This document shows positions 1-10,151 of a stretch of DNA of 42,176 bases, piece after piece. Within the stretch, counting starts at the first letter, position 1. Each line of letters opens with the position of its first letter. The position numbers and the translations under genes are program-made. Under the pieces are notes generated by a model that did no database searches, had not been told where the DNA came from, and saw nothing but the letters and a program-made list of their open reading frames with translations. The stretch covers positions 1 to 42,176 of the IMG/VR virus record IMGVR_UViG_3300017747_002841; one strand, written 5' to 3'. The stretch is from a virus (lineage: Duplodnaviria; Caudoviricetes).

Positions 1-123
1 CGCTTTGAACTGCGCTGGACCGATCACCACGGACGCCGCCGCCGCCTCAAGCGCAGCCAGCGCGCCGCCGCCCTTGCCGAAGCCAGGCGCCTCGCCGACG
101 ACCTCGCCCGCGGACACCACCAC
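1..123. repeat. Terminal direct repeat (circular assembly overlap), copy 1
   Basis: 1-123 is identical to 42054-42176, and the integrase reading frame runs uninterrupted across the junction. Confidence 0.97.
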
Positions 124-1176
124 GCCGAACTATCCCTTGCCGACCTCGCCAGCTTCCGCGCCGGCGTGATCAACCTCTTCGGCACCGGCAAGACGCTGGA
201 GCTTGCTACCGCCGAATACGCCGAGGCTCAGCGGCTCCTGTGCGACCTGACTCCCGCCGCCCACCCCTCCCTCAAAGATCTCGCCCGCTTCTGGCTGGAC
301 AACCAACGGCAAGCCACTGGCCCGATCACCGTCGCCGACGCCGTGACAAAACTCCTCGAAGCCAAAACGCAACAAGGCGTTTCCGAGCGGTGGCAAGGTG
401 CGCTCAAGTCCCAGCTCAAACGCTTCACAGCCGACCACCCGTGCGACATCCAGCGCATTACCGCGGCCGACGTGCGTAAATGGTCCTACTCACTCCCCCT
501 TGGCGCGCGCGCACGGAACAACCACCTTGCCGCCGTCAAACTCCTCTTCAACCTTGGCGAACTGCGCGGACACCGGGAGCGTCAAGCTATTCAGGACATC
601 GCCGCCGTCACCGTTGCCGAGACTACCAACGCGCTTTGGAGCCCGGCAGAATTCCGCCGCCTGCTCCACGCCGCGCCCCTCCACCTGCTGCCCGTGCTCG
701 TCCTCGGAGGATTCGCCAAGATGCGATCAAGCGAGATCATGCGCATCGAAGCCGCGAACCTCAAACTCAAGGAATCCCGCCTCATGCTCCGCGCCGGCCA
801 GACCAAAACGCGACGGTGGCGAATTGTCCCGTTGCCCGACTGCGCCGTTGCCTGGTTGCGCGCCTGCGAACTCGCGGAGGACGGCAAGCTCTGGCCCTGG
901 GGCAGCCAGAAATTCAACGCAGACCTGCGCAAGCTCGCCGTCTCCTGCTGTCTGAAATGGCGTAGCAACGCCCTGCGCAATTCCGCCATCACCTACGACC
1001 AGATCAACAACCCCGACGTGGCGCGCGTCGCCCGCGAATCCGGCAACAGCGTCGGCGTCGTGGAAACCGAATACTTTGCTCTGAATGGCGTCACCAAGGC
1101 GACCGCGGAAGAATGGTTCAACTTGTTTCCGCCACCGACAACGCGCGTGATCGTTCCGCTGCCCGCTCAAAAATGA
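1..1176 (+). CDS. int: Phage tyrosine integrase, C-terminal part (full gene 41982-42053 joined to 1-1176, about 415 aa)
   Basis: Frame 1 is open from position 1. Motifs: GGFAKMRSSEI (catalytic R), QTKT (K), NALRNSAITY (HxxR variant), ESGNS...ETEYF (Tyr). Lies next to a tRNA-like attP. Confidence 0.9.
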   Translation, partial: RFELRWTDHHGRRRRLKRSQRAAALAEARRLADDLARGHHHAELSLADLASFRAGVINLFGTGKTLELATAEYAEAQRLLCDLTPAAHPSLKDLARFWLDNQRQATGPITVADAVTKLLEAKTQQGVSERWQGALKSQLKRFTADHPCDIQRITAADVRKWSYSLPLGARARNNHLAAVKLLFNLGELRGHRERQAIQDIAAVTVAETTNALWSPAEFRRLLHAAPLHLLPVLVLGGFAKMRSSEIMRIEAANLKLKESRLMLRAGQTKTRRWRIVPLPDCAVAWLRACELAEDGKLWPWGSQKFNADLRKLAVSCCLKWRSNALRNSAITYDQINNPDVARVARESGNSVGVVETEYFALNGVTKATAEEWFNLFPPPTTRVIVPLPAQK

Positions 1177-1367
1177 GTCCCCAACCCGTCCCCAGAATGG
1201 CCCACGAATCGAAAACATCGCCAGAATCCGAAAAGGCGACAGCTTCGAACCCTGTCGCTCCGACCACCTCTTTCCCGCCAATCCTTGAGAATCAGTCTGT
1301 TTCACAAAACGAACTGTTCCCAAGTCCTTCAGTCTTTTCTGAAAACAGTCCCCAACCGTCCCCAAAA
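1177..1367 (+). mobile_element. attP: tRNA-Pro 3'-end core (1244-1266) flanked by putative arm-type repeats
   Basis: TTCGAACCCTGTCGCTCCGACCA corresponds to T-loop, T-stem, acceptor 3' strand and CCA. GTCCCCAAC(C)CGTCCCCA tandem repeats occur at 1177-1194 and 1348-1364, immediately downstream of int. Confidence 0.8.
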
Positions 1368-1521
1368 GGCGGACGGCTTTCCAAGCTCGACCTCCGCGAT
1401 CTCATGCGGTTTTGCGACCGGGAAGTAGGTTACTGCGGAGTATCAGATCCCGCCGGCCAGCGCGCCGTAGAGCTACGCGCCAAACTCGTCGCCATTCACG
1501 CCCACGGCTTTCAATGACTTT

Positions 1522-1719
1522 ATGACACACGCTGCGCTGTTGGAACAAATGAAACGCCTTGGATTGACCGAGGCGGAGGCGATGAATTGGCTGATGGATA
1601 AAAACCTGATCTCGGATCATTGCGTCCGGATTTGGGACATCGCCGGCCCGGACCTCGCCCGCGCCGTCCAGGCCCTTGCCTCCAGACAGACCGCGCTGGA
1701 CAACCCACAAATACAGTGA
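1522..1719 (+). CDS. Hypothetical protein (65 aa)
   Basis: ATG-started ORF with natural composition in an otherwise unoccupied gap. Confidence 0.6.
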   Translation: MTHAALLEQMKRLGLTEAEAMNWLMDKNLISDHCVRIWDIAGPDLARAVQALASRQTALDNPQIQ

Positions 1720-1726
1720 GGCAGCT

Positions 1727-1903
1727 ATGATCACCCGAACACGGCGCATCTGTCCGAATTGTAAATCCCGCCGCGTGATCAAAGGCAAGCGACTATGCGA
1801 CGATTGCCGCATCAGTCGTGTTATCGCGCGACAGGAAAAGCTTTTGCCTTCAACATCTCCGCCGCCTTCTTCGCCGTCGCCTTGCGCGCCTCCCGCGCCT
1901 TGA
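1727..1903 (+). CDS. Small Cys-rich (CxxC...CxxC) hypothetical protein
   Basis: ATG at 1727 just after the preceding gene; CPNC and CDDC motifs. Its 3' end overlaps the convergent giant gene. Confidence 0.4.
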   Translation: MITRTRRICPNCKSRRVIKGKRLCDDCRISRVIARQEKLLPSTSPPPSSPSPCAPPAP

Positions 1904-4900
1904 CGTATTGGCCGCGCTGTTCCTCCGTCAGACCGCGCCAAAACTCCTTCTCGCGCGCCTGCTGGCCCGTGAACGGTGCCGCCGCCACGCGCTTGTAATG
2001 GTCGAACACCTGCCGCGGCGTCTTCTTCAAAAGCAATTCATCGAGCGCCTTGCGCGCCTCCGTGTTATTCCCGATGCGAAGCGCCTTGTTCAGCTCGTCA
2101 AAGTCGCCCGTGAAGAATTCCGCACTCGGCACGATGCCCTTTTCCCGGTTGAACTCCCGCGCCAGATTCCGGATCCGCTGCTCCGCCGTCGGCGCCTGAT
2201 CCGTCTTCACGCCGAAACTGGCCATCATCTGCTTTTGATACTGCCCCGGAAACCGTTCGCTAGGCTCGCCGCTGATCAGTTGCTTCGCCGCCGTCGCTGG
2301 CGACACCGCGCCGATCGGAATCGGAATCAACGCCTTGGCCATCGCCGGCAACACCTCGCCATCGCGCAGCTTTGCCCCGAGCGCATCCTTGCGCGTCAGG
2401 AACATCTCCGCCGGCCGCGCCGCCGCGTGAAGCCTGCTCACCGCCACGCGCCGCAACGCCTCGCTCAAGTCCCCGCCACTGCGATGCAAATTGCCCTCGA
2501 TCAAGTGCGTGTATTCCATCGGCAACGCCAGCGGATTCAGGAAGAACCCCGGCCCGCCGCTCACTGCGTCCGGAATGTAGGCGCTGATCTTCTTGTCCCA
2601 GCCCTCCTCCTCGTTCTCCCACGTCGGTTTGCCGCGAAATGCGTAGTTGAGAATCTGATTGGCCAGGAACGTCCCCAGCGCCATCGCGCCCGTCGCCCTC
2701 ATCAGCGTGCCGACCACCAAGCGCCGTTGCTGAATGCTTTCCATCGGCGTCTTGAGCGTCTGCACGATCGCGCCCAGCTCCGCGCGGATCAACGATTCAT
2801 TCCACTGCGGCGCGAGGAAGACGAACCGCGCCAGGTCCTGCGCCGTGCGACTCTTGAACAGTCCTTGCCGGTTCAGATTGCCGAAGCGCGCATTGAGATC
2901 CTTGCTGACGCGCCGCGCCACCTGTTCCTCGCTCGCGTTTGGAAGGGCCCGGCTCATGCGCTCGAACTCGATCAGCCACGCCTCCGTCATCGCGCCGCGT
3001 TGATACTGCCCAAACAGCCAGTGATTGAACGTGCCGACCACCGGCAGATTGTGCAGCGCATCGCCCCAGGCATTGTCCAGCACGTTGCCGACGTTGAACC
3101 CCGTGCGCAGCGCCAGATCCAGCCGACGCTTGTTCTCCTGCAAACCATCCGCCCACGCCTCCGGAATTTCCCCGCGCGCCGCCATCTCGCGAATGTCCGC
3201 CGCGGAGAAGTCCAGGAGCGTCTGCCCTTTCTGATACCCGCCGCCCAGCCCGAACATCTGCCGCCAAGCCACCATGCGCCCGAGGTGAAACGTGTCGAAC
3301 ATCAGCAAGCTCGACTTAATGAACCCGAAGACTTTCTTGGCCGATGACCCTTTGAAGAAGCTCGCCGCCGTCAGTTTGTTGAGCAACCCCACGAAATTCT
3401 CCTGCACCGCCACCTCCAGTTCGCCGAAGCGCCAGACCGTGTAACCTTCCGGCGCGATAGTCACCCAATCCGGCTTGTAGGTAATGCCCGCCTCGTCTTG
3501 AGCCTGCGCGCGCTCGCTGTCCTCCGCCGGAAGATTCGCCGGCTTGCGCGGTTTCTTGATCACGTCCACCACCACCGGCATGTCAGTCGCCGGATCCATC
3601 AGATTGCGCAGCCCATGCACCCACGCCAGTTCGTTCAGCTTCCGTTGACCGCCCGCCACGCGATCCGCCAACAGCTCGAGCGCGTTCAACGTCGTCGGTT
3701 TGCGCCCTTGCGCGATACCTTCCGCATACGTCGCCACGGAACGCGGCTTGCGGAATGGCGTCCCTGCCGCCGCCGGCTTGGTCGGATCCGCGCCTGCGCC
3801 CACGTCATCGCGCGCCCAGGAGTGTTTCACATAGCCGCCCTTCCACTCCGGAGAATTCACGCCCTCGTTCAATTCCGCCTCGCGCTCCGTCTCCGTCAGC
3901 GTCTTGTATTCCGCCGCCGCCGGCTGGAGTTTGTCCCAATTCGCCGCCGCGTACTCGAGTGCCGCCAGCGCCTGCCGCCCGGCCTTGGTGTCCGCGTGTT
4001 CGCTTGCGCTGATCTGATCGTAAAAGTCGGACAACCTCGACCGTTCGCCGTCCGCCTCGACCACGAACGTCAACGCCGCCTCGCGCCCCTCATGCTTGAC
4101 GCGCACCTGACCCGGCTTCGTGTCAAAGGCACGATTGAGAATCAACCGCACGCGCAAGCTAGCCGCGTTCGCCGCCTGATTGGCGCGATTATCCGCCACG
4201 TCCCGGTTGACGACCGTAGTTTCCCGCGCGCCACGGCGCGCCAGCCAGTTGCCGGACTTCACGCGCCACGCGCCCAAGCCCGTGAACAAGTCCTTGAGCC
4301 GCCCGCCCGGCAACCGCTCCGCGCCATTCCATTGCGGAATTCCCCGGAGCTCCCTTCCTGACTCCTGACTTCTGGCTCCTGACTCCTCAAGGTTGTCATC
4401 AACCTTGACGCGCCCCGCGCCGCTGTTGGCGCGCCCGCTACGGATTTCATCGCCAAGCGTGTCCACCAGCTCCTTGTATTCGTCCAGCATCGCCGCCGGG
4501 ATTTCCTCCCCGCGTTCCTTGAAAGCGTCCATTTCCGCGCCCAGAGCGTTGATCTGCCGGCGTAGTGACGTCGCCACGTCATCCACCGCCTGTCCGTCCA
4601 GCCATTCCTTTGCCTCCGTCTCATCGAAGCCGGGAATGTTTTGACCGCGAAGCCACTCGATACCGTCTTGCACTGCGTTGGCGATGCTCTTGCCGGCGCG
4701 ATACGCCGCGCGCACGACTTGCAGGACGCCACGCGCCGCCGCCCGCGTCAGCCAGACCGGCGCGCCCGTCACGCCCTCATACAACGCGCCCGGCTTCAAT
4801 CCAAGCTTCTCGATCCACTCCGTCAATTGCGCATCCACCGGATCGCGGCCCACCACCTTCACCGCCTTAAACAGCTTGTCGAACGCCTCCGCCACCGGCT

Positions 4901-7900
4901 TCATTTCAGAATCCAACAGGTACGGGTAACGCCCCTCGTCCCGTGCGAAATCCTCCACGCCCACCACGTTTGCCAGGTAATCATTGTGATACCCGGCATC
5001 CTTCATTTTCGTGATCAGATAGTTTTCAAAGGACCGCGCCGCCCGCTCGATGATTCTCGACCAGTAGCCACCGGATTTCCCGGCGTCAATCAACTGCGCC
5101 CGCTTGGCCATTGGCGAGGCGTCCAGCGCCCGCACCAATTCAGCAAACGCGCTCGCCACCTCCGGCCGCACCCCTTCGACGCGTTTCCAGTCGCCAGGCG
5201 TGCGGATGCCCCGCCGCGTGCTCAGTTCGTTGAACCGTGTTTCCGACAATTTGAAGCCCTGACTGTTCTCGTAATACGTTTCCGGCTGATACGTGATGAA
5301 TCGCCCTTCCCGATCCCCGGACGCGCCTCGATGACGTTGGAAATAATTATCCAGCGCGTGAAACCATTCATGACCGAGACTGCCCGCGCCCCGCGTCTTC
5401 GTCAGGTTGATCACGAATGTTCCCGGCTCAAAGTGCGCCGATGCCCACCCATGCCCGCGGGAGCCAAGCCCCAGGCCAAGCTCGCCATTGAGCGAAATGG
5501 AATTCGACGGCACACCCACGATCGCCGCCAGATCCATCAAGCCGTCATACGCCGCGTTCAGCATCCCCTGCCGCTCTTTGAGGTTCTTGCCCTGCGATAC
5601 CCAATTGCCAAACTCCACCCCACGGAAGCCAAACGTCTCCATGAACATTTCCGGCGTAGCGTCGCGCCCTTGTCGATGGTCGGCGCCGGCCCGTTCCCGG
5701 TTCGCTTCCCGGCGCACGTCCGTTTCCTTGACGTTATCCGTCTCCTTGACGCCCTCCCACGCCTGCAAAAGCTCGCCGTAATTATCCGGATTTCGGGCAA
5801 AATCGAGCGCCTCCTTGGCCGTCGGAAACGTCTTCAACTTGCGCACCAGCGGATCACCCTCCTTGTTGATGAAATACCCACGTTCATCGCTTCCCCTCAC
5901 TTGAAAGCGCATTCGTTGCTCCGGCTCCGCGCTGGCCAGCAACGCCTTTACCTTCTCCGTGATTCCTTCCAGGCTCGAATCGCGAATGGTTTTGCCATCG
6001 ACCACCGCCACCGCCGAAGGACTTGGAATCTTCGCGTCGCCGGAATATCGGTAAGCGTCCGGAAACACTTCCACCTTCTCCACCCTGCCCCACTCGCTCC
6101 GCGGCACCTCGCGCAGCACCCGGATCTTGTTCACCAGTTGCTCCAGCTTGTAGCCATCCATCCGGCGCATCACCTCATCTGGCCCCTTCTCTTTCGTGAT
6201 CCGCATCAATTCCCGCACCAGCTTCACCCGTTCCACCCAGCGCGCCACCTTATAGCGTTGCCGCGGCTTGCTTGGAATCTCCTCGCGAACCGCGTGAGCA
6301 ATGGACGCCACCGCAATATCTTCGATCTCGTCCACCTCAGACTTTGGCCAGATTTCCGAAAACGATTTGGTTGCCAGCTCTTCGTCGGTAAAATCGCGGT
6401 TCAACGACGGCTGTAAATCTTTCCGCGCGCCCCCCAATTTCTGCCCGAAATCCTGCAAACCAGAAACCGGCGCCGCCACGGGCTCCGTCTTGGCCGCGCT
6501 GACGGTCGGCAAATCCTGTTGATGCTTGTCCAAAGCGGATTCCATTTGATCGCGCCGCAATGCTGCCTTCGCGGCGGAGACAGTTTCAAAATAACTGCGA
6601 CCACTCTTTGAACCAATGACTTGAAAGACATGCTTTCCTTGTCCTTTCGCCCGCTCGACGACTTTGAAGGATTCATCGCCCAATTCTCTGGCGTTATTAA
6701 GCGCGCCGGGATTCTGCTTCTCGAAGTCCAGTTGGGCGCGCGTTTTTGTCTGCGGCAGCTCCTGCTGATTCTTCTCCTTGAATTCCTTGGCCGCGCGTTC
6801 GGTTTCCTCGCGTTGACGCCGTTCCGCCTCGATGCGTTCGCCGCTCTGCGTCTGTTCGGAAAACAGGTTGAACGCGACATCTCCGCTCCCCAGCAAGTCG
6901 CCTTGCTTCTGCCCACTCTTGAGCGTCGGCGCCGCCGGCTTTGTTCCACCTTGTTCCACCGCCGTTTGGTCCGTTTCTGGCTTCTTTAGGCTATCACTGA
7001 TAGCCTCAAGCGTCGGGAAACTGTCCGCGCCCTCCTCCGCCACGCTCTGCCATTCCTCCGCGTAAATCGTGGTTCCGTCCTGGAGCACCTGCCGTCCGAA
7101 CCGCGTCCCGTCCTGCAACGTCACCTCGCCATCCGGCGACACCTCGACCACACGCACCGGCTCGCCATCGATGTTCAGCGTGTCGCCCACCTTCATCTCC
7201 GACACTGGCACACCCACCGCGCCCTTCTCGATGGACTGGCTGAAATCCGCGCTTTGTCGTTGCGACCCCGTCACGTTGGCCTCCACCCATTCCTTGAGTC
7301 TCGCCGCCAGCGCGCCGCGTTTGGCCGTATCGCTCAAGTCCACGTCCTTTGCGCCAATGGCCGCCGCCGCCTGCTTGCGCGCTTTGGCCAGCTCTTTCGA
7401 GCGCAGAATCTTGGCCTTGATGCTTCCCGTGCCGTGTCCCGTCTTCACGTTCACCGCGTCGTCATACAAGTGTTCCGGCGACGTCACCCAACCCGCCTGC
7501 ATGGCGTTTTCCAACACCAGCCGATCAAACTCCCGCGCGCCTTCCCGCGCCACCGCTGCCGCCGTCGGAGGTTTTGGCGGTTTAGCTGGCTTGACAGGCT
7601 GGACGGGAGGAACAGGTTCGACCGGCTTGGCCTGCGCCTGCATCGCCGCCTCTAAATCCACCACCGGCTTCACCTCCGGCACTTCCACATTTGCGACGGG
7701 ACTCCCCACATTTGCGGCCGGAATTTCCACCTTTGCGCTTTCCACCTCCACATTTGCGTTCCGGCGCGCCCGCATCCGGCGCAATGCCGCCGTAGCCCGT
7801 GCGTCGCCCATGCCTTCGAGCAATTCCAGTTCAAGGCGGCTCATCCCCTCGTAATTCTTGTCCGGATTCTGGACGGCCGCCTTCACCGCCTCATCGGTCT

Positions 7901-9176
7901 TGCGCTGGAATTCCACCGCGGCCCGCTGTTCCTCCGTCAACGCCGCCGGCACTTCCACCCGTTTCTCGACCACTACCGGATCACCCGCCACCGCGCCCGC
8001 CGGTTCCGGCTGCACCTTCGGCAACGCGCCCTTGAGCCGTTGACTCCCCGGCGCCTCCCCGCGCAGCACCGCCTGCAGCTCCGCCAAAGCATCCGCCGAC
8101 GTATCGGCCGGCGGTGCCGCCGGCTGACTCCTGACTTCTGGCTCCTGACTCCTTTCCTGCCCCTCCTCCGGCAACACCTCATAACCCCGCGATTCCCCGC
8201 GCAGATTGCTGAACACCTCACCCGGAGCCGTCGCCAGCTCGCCGATCGCTTCCGCCGCGATGTCCTTTGCGCTGATGTCCTGTCCGCTGGCCAGTTGCGC
8301 CGTCGCCTCACCCGCCGCGCCGCCCGCCATCTGCGCGCCCAGCTCCTTGCCCGTCGCCACCGCTACGCGCCCGACACCCTTACCCAGCGCCGGCTTGAGG
8401 AACTTGCCCGCCAAGCCCGCCGTCAAACCGTCAAAGAGCGCAATGGGAAAGCCCCGTTGCATGGCGAACGCCTTGGCCTGCTTCACCTTGGCCTCGTCCG
8501 AGAAGAACGCGCGCACCTGCTCCGGATCGGCCAGGTTGACGCCCTGCTCGTTGGCCGCTTCCAGGAAGGCATTCGCCGCCTCCACCGTAAACGATCCCGC
8601 GCCCGCACCCACCGCCGCGCCACCGGGACCAGCCGCCGCGCCGGCTGCCATGCCCGCCGCCATGCCGGTCGCCGCCTGTGGCAAGGATTCCGCGAAGATG
8701 TTCGCCGTGATCTCGACCGGATTGCGCGCGAACACCTGCCACCAATTGGAATTGTCCGCCTTGCTCCATTCCTGCATGGCCGCGCTTTGCGGGATCTGGT
8801 TTGCCCGCTGCGTCAGATCTCCGATGTTCTGAGCCGTGGCGATGTTCTGTTCCTTGGCCGGGCCCATCGCCGCCTTGAGCCGCGCCGCTGGCCCGAAGAG
8901 GCTTTCCACCTTGGCCGGATCCTCCGCGCTCATCAGTCCCTCCATGTAACGCGGATCCTCCATCGCGCCCACAAAGGCGCGCCGGCCCTGTCGGATGGTT
9001 GGCTTGTCGTCCTTGAATTGCAGCGCCTCAATCGACCGTTGCCCGGCCAGATTCCCGCGCTTGAAGCTGTTGGCGATGCCCTCCAGCGTCCCCGGCGTCT
9101 CTGCCGGTTCGTCGCCTAGAATCTCATACCCGCCCGGCGTGGCCGGCGCTTCGTCCTCCAGAATGTCGTAAGGCAT
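1821..9176 (-). CDS. Giant internal virion/ejection protein with large-polyvalent-protein (LPD1-like) and zincin-like HExxH region
   Basis: 2451 aa, last gene of the virion operon. Motifs DFGQKLGGARKD, FGFRGVEFGNW, INLTKTRGAGSLGHEWFHALD and YWSRIIERAARSFENY are typical of phage/plasmid large polyvalent proteins. Confidence 0.8.
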   Translation of the reverse strand: MPYDILEDEAPATPGGYEILGDEPAETPGTLEGIANSFKRGNLAGQRSIEALQFKDDKPTIRQGRRAFVGAMEDPRYMEGLMSAEDPAKVESLFGPAARLKAAMGPAKEQNIATAQNIGDLTQRANQIPQSAAMQEWSKADNSNWWQVFARNPVEITANIFAESLPQAATGMAAGMAAGAAAGPGGAAVGAGAGSFTVEAANAFLEAANEQGVNLADPEQVRAFFSDEAKVKQAKAFAMQRGFPIALFDGLTAGLAGKFLKPALGKGVGRVAVATGKELGAQMAGGAAGEATAQLASGQDISAKDIAAEAIGELATAPGEVFSNLRGESRGYEVLPEEGQERSQEPEVRSQPAAPPADTSADALAELQAVLRGEAPGSQRLKGALPKVQPEPAGAVAGDPVVVEKRVEVPAALTEEQRAAVEFQRKTDEAVKAAVQNPDKNYEGMSRLELELLEGMGDARATAALRRMRARRNANVEVESAKVEIPAANVGSPVANVEVPEVKPVVDLEAAMQAQAKPVEPVPPVQPVKPAKPPKPPTAAAVAREGAREFDRLVLENAMQAGWVTSPEHLYDDAVNVKTGHGTGSIKAKILRSKELAKARKQAAAAIGAKDVDLSDTAKRGALAARLKEWVEANVTGSQRQSADFSQSIEKGAVGVPVSEMKVGDTLNIDGEPVRVVEVSPDGEVTLQDGTRFGRQVLQDGTTIYAEEWQSVAEEGADSFPTLEAISDSLKKPETDQTAVEQGGTKPAAPTLKSGQKQGDLLGSGDVAFNLFSEQTQSGERIEAERRQREETERAAKEFKEKNQQELPQTKTRAQLDFEKQNPGALNNARELGDESFKVVERAKGQGKHVFQVIGSKSGRSYFETVSAAKAALRRDQMESALDKHQQDLPTVSAAKTEPVAAPVSGLQDFGQKLGGARKDLQPSLNRDFTDEELATKSFSEIWPKSEVDEIEDIAVASIAHAVREEIPSKPRQRYKVARWVERVKLVRELMRITKEKGPDEVMRRMDGYKLEQLVNKIRVLREVPRSEWGRVEKVEVFPDAYRYSGDAKIPSPSAVAVVDGKTIRDSSLEGITEKVKALLASAEPEQRMRFQVRGSDERGYFINKEGDPLVRKLKTFPTAKEALDFARNPDNYGELLQAWEGVKETDNVKETDVRREANRERAGADHRQGRDATPEMFMETFGFRGVEFGNWVSQGKNLKERQGMLNAAYDGLMDLAAIVGVPSNSISLNGELGLGLGSRGHGWASAHFEPGTFVINLTKTRGAGSLGHEWFHALDNYFQRHRGASGDREGRFITYQPETYYENSQGFKLSETRFNELSTRRGIRTPGDWKRVEGVRPEVASAFAELVRALDASPMAKRAQLIDAGKSGGYWSRIIERAARSFENYLITKMKDAGYHNDYLANVVGVEDFARDEGRYPYLLDSEMKPVAEAFDKLFKAVKVVGRDPVDAQLTEWIEKLGLKPGALYEGVTGAPVWLTRAAARGVLQVVRAAYRAGKSIANAVQDGIEWLRGQNIPGFDETEAKEWLDGQAVDDVATSLRRQINALGAEMDAFKERGEEIPAAMLDEYKELVDTLGDEIRSGRANSGAGRVKVDDNLEESGARSQESGRELRGIPQWNGAERLPGGRLKDLFTGLGAWRVKSGNWLARRGARETTVVNRDVADNRANQAANAASLRVRLILNRAFDTKPGQVRVKHEGREAALTFVVEADGERSRLSDFYDQISASEHADTKAGRQALAALEYAAANWDKLQPAAAEYKTLTETEREAELNEGVNSPEWKGGYVKHSWARDDVGAGADPTKPAAAGTPFRKPRSVATYAEGIAQGRKPTTLNALELLADRVAGGQRKLNELAWVHGLRNLMDPATDMPVVVDVIKKPRKPANLPAEDSERAQAQDEAGITYKPDWVTIAPEGYTVWRFGELEVAVQENFVGLLNKLTAASFFKGSSAKKVFGFIKSSLLMFDTFHLGRMVAWRQMFGLGGGYQKGQTLLDFSAADIREMAARGEIPEAWADGLQENKRRLDLALRTGFNVGNVLDNAWGDALHNLPVVGTFNHWLFGQYQRGAMTEAWLIEFERMSRALPNASEEQVARRVSKDLNARFGNLNRQGLFKSRTAQDLARFVFLAPQWNESLIRAELGAIVQTLKTPMESIQQRRLVVGTLMRATGAMALGTFLANQILNYAFRGKPTWENEEEGWDKKISAYIPDAVSGGPGFFLNPLALPMEYTHLIEGNLHRSGGDLSEALRRVAVSRLHAAARPAEMFLTRKDALGAKLRDGEVLPAMAKALIPIPIGAVSPATAAKQLISGEPSERFPGQYQKQMMASFGVKTDQAPTAEQRIRNLAREFNREKGIVPSAEFFTGDFDELNKALRIGNNTEARKALDELLLKKTPRQVFDHYKRVAAAPFTGQQAREKEFWRGLTEEQRGQYVKAREARKATAKKAAEMLKAKAFPVAR
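4358..4387. repeat. 30-bp heptamer-based repeat, copy 1
   Basis: CTGACTCCTGACTTCTGGCTCCTGACTCCT, identical to 8124-8153. Confidence 0.85.
8124..8153. repeat. 30-bp heptamer-based repeat, copy 2
   Basis: Identical to 4358-4387 but translated in a different frame of the same gene. Confidence 0.85.
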
Positions 9177-9180
9177 AAAG

Positions 9181-10128
9181 TCACTTCAAACGCACCCGCT
9201 TGGCTTCGCCGTTGATGTAGAGCCTCACGACATCGGGTGCCTTATGGCCCGCCGCCCGCGCCGCCTCTTCCGTGGCAAAGACGCCCGGCCCGATGACGTT
9301 GCCTCCCGGCTGCACTGCCGCCGGCGCGCCTTCGAGCCCCGCCTTGCGCTGCGGTTTACCACCCGCGGGAATGCCTGGACGCTGCAAAATCTCCTCAATT
9401 TCGCCCTGCTGCTGGAGTGTCGGTCCCGCCGCCGCTGCCGCCTCCTCATCCGCCGCCGCCTTCGCCGCCGCCTCCGCCGCCATCGCCTTTTCCAAGTCAG
9501 CCGGCGACATCTTCCGCGTGATCTTCCGCTTCGGCTCACCGCTTACGTCGTCGATCTCTTCTGACATCGTGACCGAGTTCGGATTCTCAGACTTCTCAAA
9601 GTTGCCCGTGCGCCGGTTGTAAACGAACGGCGCGCCCGTTTCCGGATCCTTCCAAGACCGCGGCGCGTTATCCTCCGGCGTCGGCAGCTTGAACATTTTC
9701 ACCCCGATCCCCACCTTGCCGAGCTTCTCGGAAAACGCCTGATTCATCTGCTCGATCCCGTCCTCCGTCAGCATCCCCTCCTTGCCCATGCTCTCGAGCA
9801 CGCGCCATTTGCCCTCCTCATCCTTGGCCGCGGCGAGTTGCGCCTGGTATTGCTCGATCTTCTTTTGGTGCGCGATCTGACTGTCCAGCGCCAGCTTGCG
9901 ATTCTCCCGCGCGTCACTGCGATCCGCGGTCTGCCCGGCCAGTTCATCGCGACGCAATCCAAGCGTGTCTTCGTGCTCCCGCTTGCGCAGCCCCATCATC
10001 TCCTCATTCAACCGCTGTTGCGCCGCCCTTTCCTTCTCGGCCTGCGTCAGCGCGCGATTGCGTTGGAACGTGTCCCCCAGGTCCCTCATCGACCTGTTCA
10101 AGATCTCTATTTCAGCAACAGTAGGCAT
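9181..10128 (-). CDS. Putative internal virion (ejection) protein
   Basis: 315 aa, coiled-coil-like N-terminal half, directly upstream of the giant gene. Confidence 0.6.
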   Translation of the reverse strand: MPTVAEIEILNRSMRDLGDTFQRNRALTQAEKERAAQQRLNEEMMGLRKREHEDTLGLRRDELAGQTADRSDARENRKLALDSQIAHQKKIEQYQAQLAAAKDEEGKWRVLESMGKEGMLTEDGIEQMNQAFSEKLGKVGIGVKMFKLPTPEDNAPRSWKDPETGAPFVYNRRTGNFEKSENPNSVTMSEEIDDVSGEPKRKITRKMSPADLEKAMAAEAAAKAAADEEAAAAAGPTLQQQGEIEEILQRPGIPAGGKPQRKAGLEGAPAAVQPGGNVIGPGVFATEEAARAAGHKAPDVVRLYINGEAKRVRLK

Positions 10129-10151
10129 AAATCAAAGAATAGACACGGATT

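Noticed and set aside
166-1176. Integrase start at 166 as given in the ORF track
   Set aside because: The frame is open back through position 1 to ATG 41982, which supplies the missing N-terminal domain.
1236-1266. tRNA gene
   Set aside because: Only the T-arm and 3' acceptor strand are present, with no D or anticodon arm; interpreted as the attP core.
1113-1517. 134-aa + strand ORF
   Set aside because: It overlaps the int 3' end and runs through the attP repeats with Ser/Pro-rich low-information sequence; at most the last ~37 codons might be real.
7684-7758. Short CCACATTTGCG repeats
   Set aside because: In-frame coding repeats (ANV units) in a linker of the giant protein; explained at protein level.
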